Shown one piece after another: positions 63,723 to 64,000 of a stretch of 64,000 bases of DNA; positions within the stretch are counted from its first letter, which is position 1; the number at the start of each line of letters is the position of its first letter. The stretch lies in assembly GCF_009914755.1 (NCBI RefSeq), contig NC_060927.1. One strand, given 5' to 3'. This DNA is from the human T2T-CHM13v2.0 reference genome, Homo sapiens. The notes under the pieces are model-generated. The model searched no databases. It worked only from the letters and a program-made list of their open reading frames with translations, and was not told the DNA's origin. The translations under genes and the position numbers were made by a program.

Positions 63723-63928
63723 TCAGCAGTTAATGTGAGAGATGATGATAATCTTAACCAAGACTAGCAGCGTCAATTGAGAAGACGGAATTGATCCAAG
63801 AAATTTCAAGGTGGTAAAATTGACAGGCTTAGTGACTGTGGTGGATACCTGAAAGGAAGACCCATGCCCAGATCTCTCTTCAAGGATGTTCAGTGACTCC
63901 ATTTTCTGGGAGTGCCAGTTTCTGAAAA

Positions 63929-63948
63929 TTATTATTATTTATTTTATT

Positions 63949-63979
<31 letters not shown>

Positions 63980-63985
63980 TTTTTT
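63929..63985. repeat. (TTA)/(TTTA)n tail of an Alu cut by the window end
   Basis: ttattattattt...atttatttatttattt followed by tgagacggagtctcgc. Confidence 0.9.
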
Positions 63986-64000
63986 GAGACGGAGTCTCGC

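Overview
Primate (by sequence recognition, human chr3q13) genomic DNA, not prokaryotic. It contains the complete 7-exon DPPA4 gene on the minus strand (spliced CDS 915 nt = 304 aa, all introns GT-AG) and, about 9.6 kb downstream in the same orientation, the promoter, first exon and first coding exon of its paralogue DPPA2. The remaining ~40 kb upstream of DPPA4 has no intact protein-coding gene. It holds a decayed RPL36 processed pseudogene, a Tigger3 DNA transposon, several solo LTRs, L1/L2/MIR/MER fragments and about 100 Alu copies or fragments (counted by eye). Nearly all ORFs in the supplied track are Alu translations. I found no clearly new biological system. The best leads are: (1) a frame-compatible DPPA4 exon 6 to DPPA2 exon 2 read-through that would encode a DPPA4-DPPA2 fusion; (2) a DPPA2 first exon built from a remodelled Alu inside a MER5; (3) two short insertions copied from templates about 1 kb away; (4) inverted Alus tightly flanking the DPPA4 SAP-domain exons; (5) repeated re-use of the same Alu target sites. 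Gene and repeat-family names come from recognition, not database searches, and repeat boundaries are approximate.
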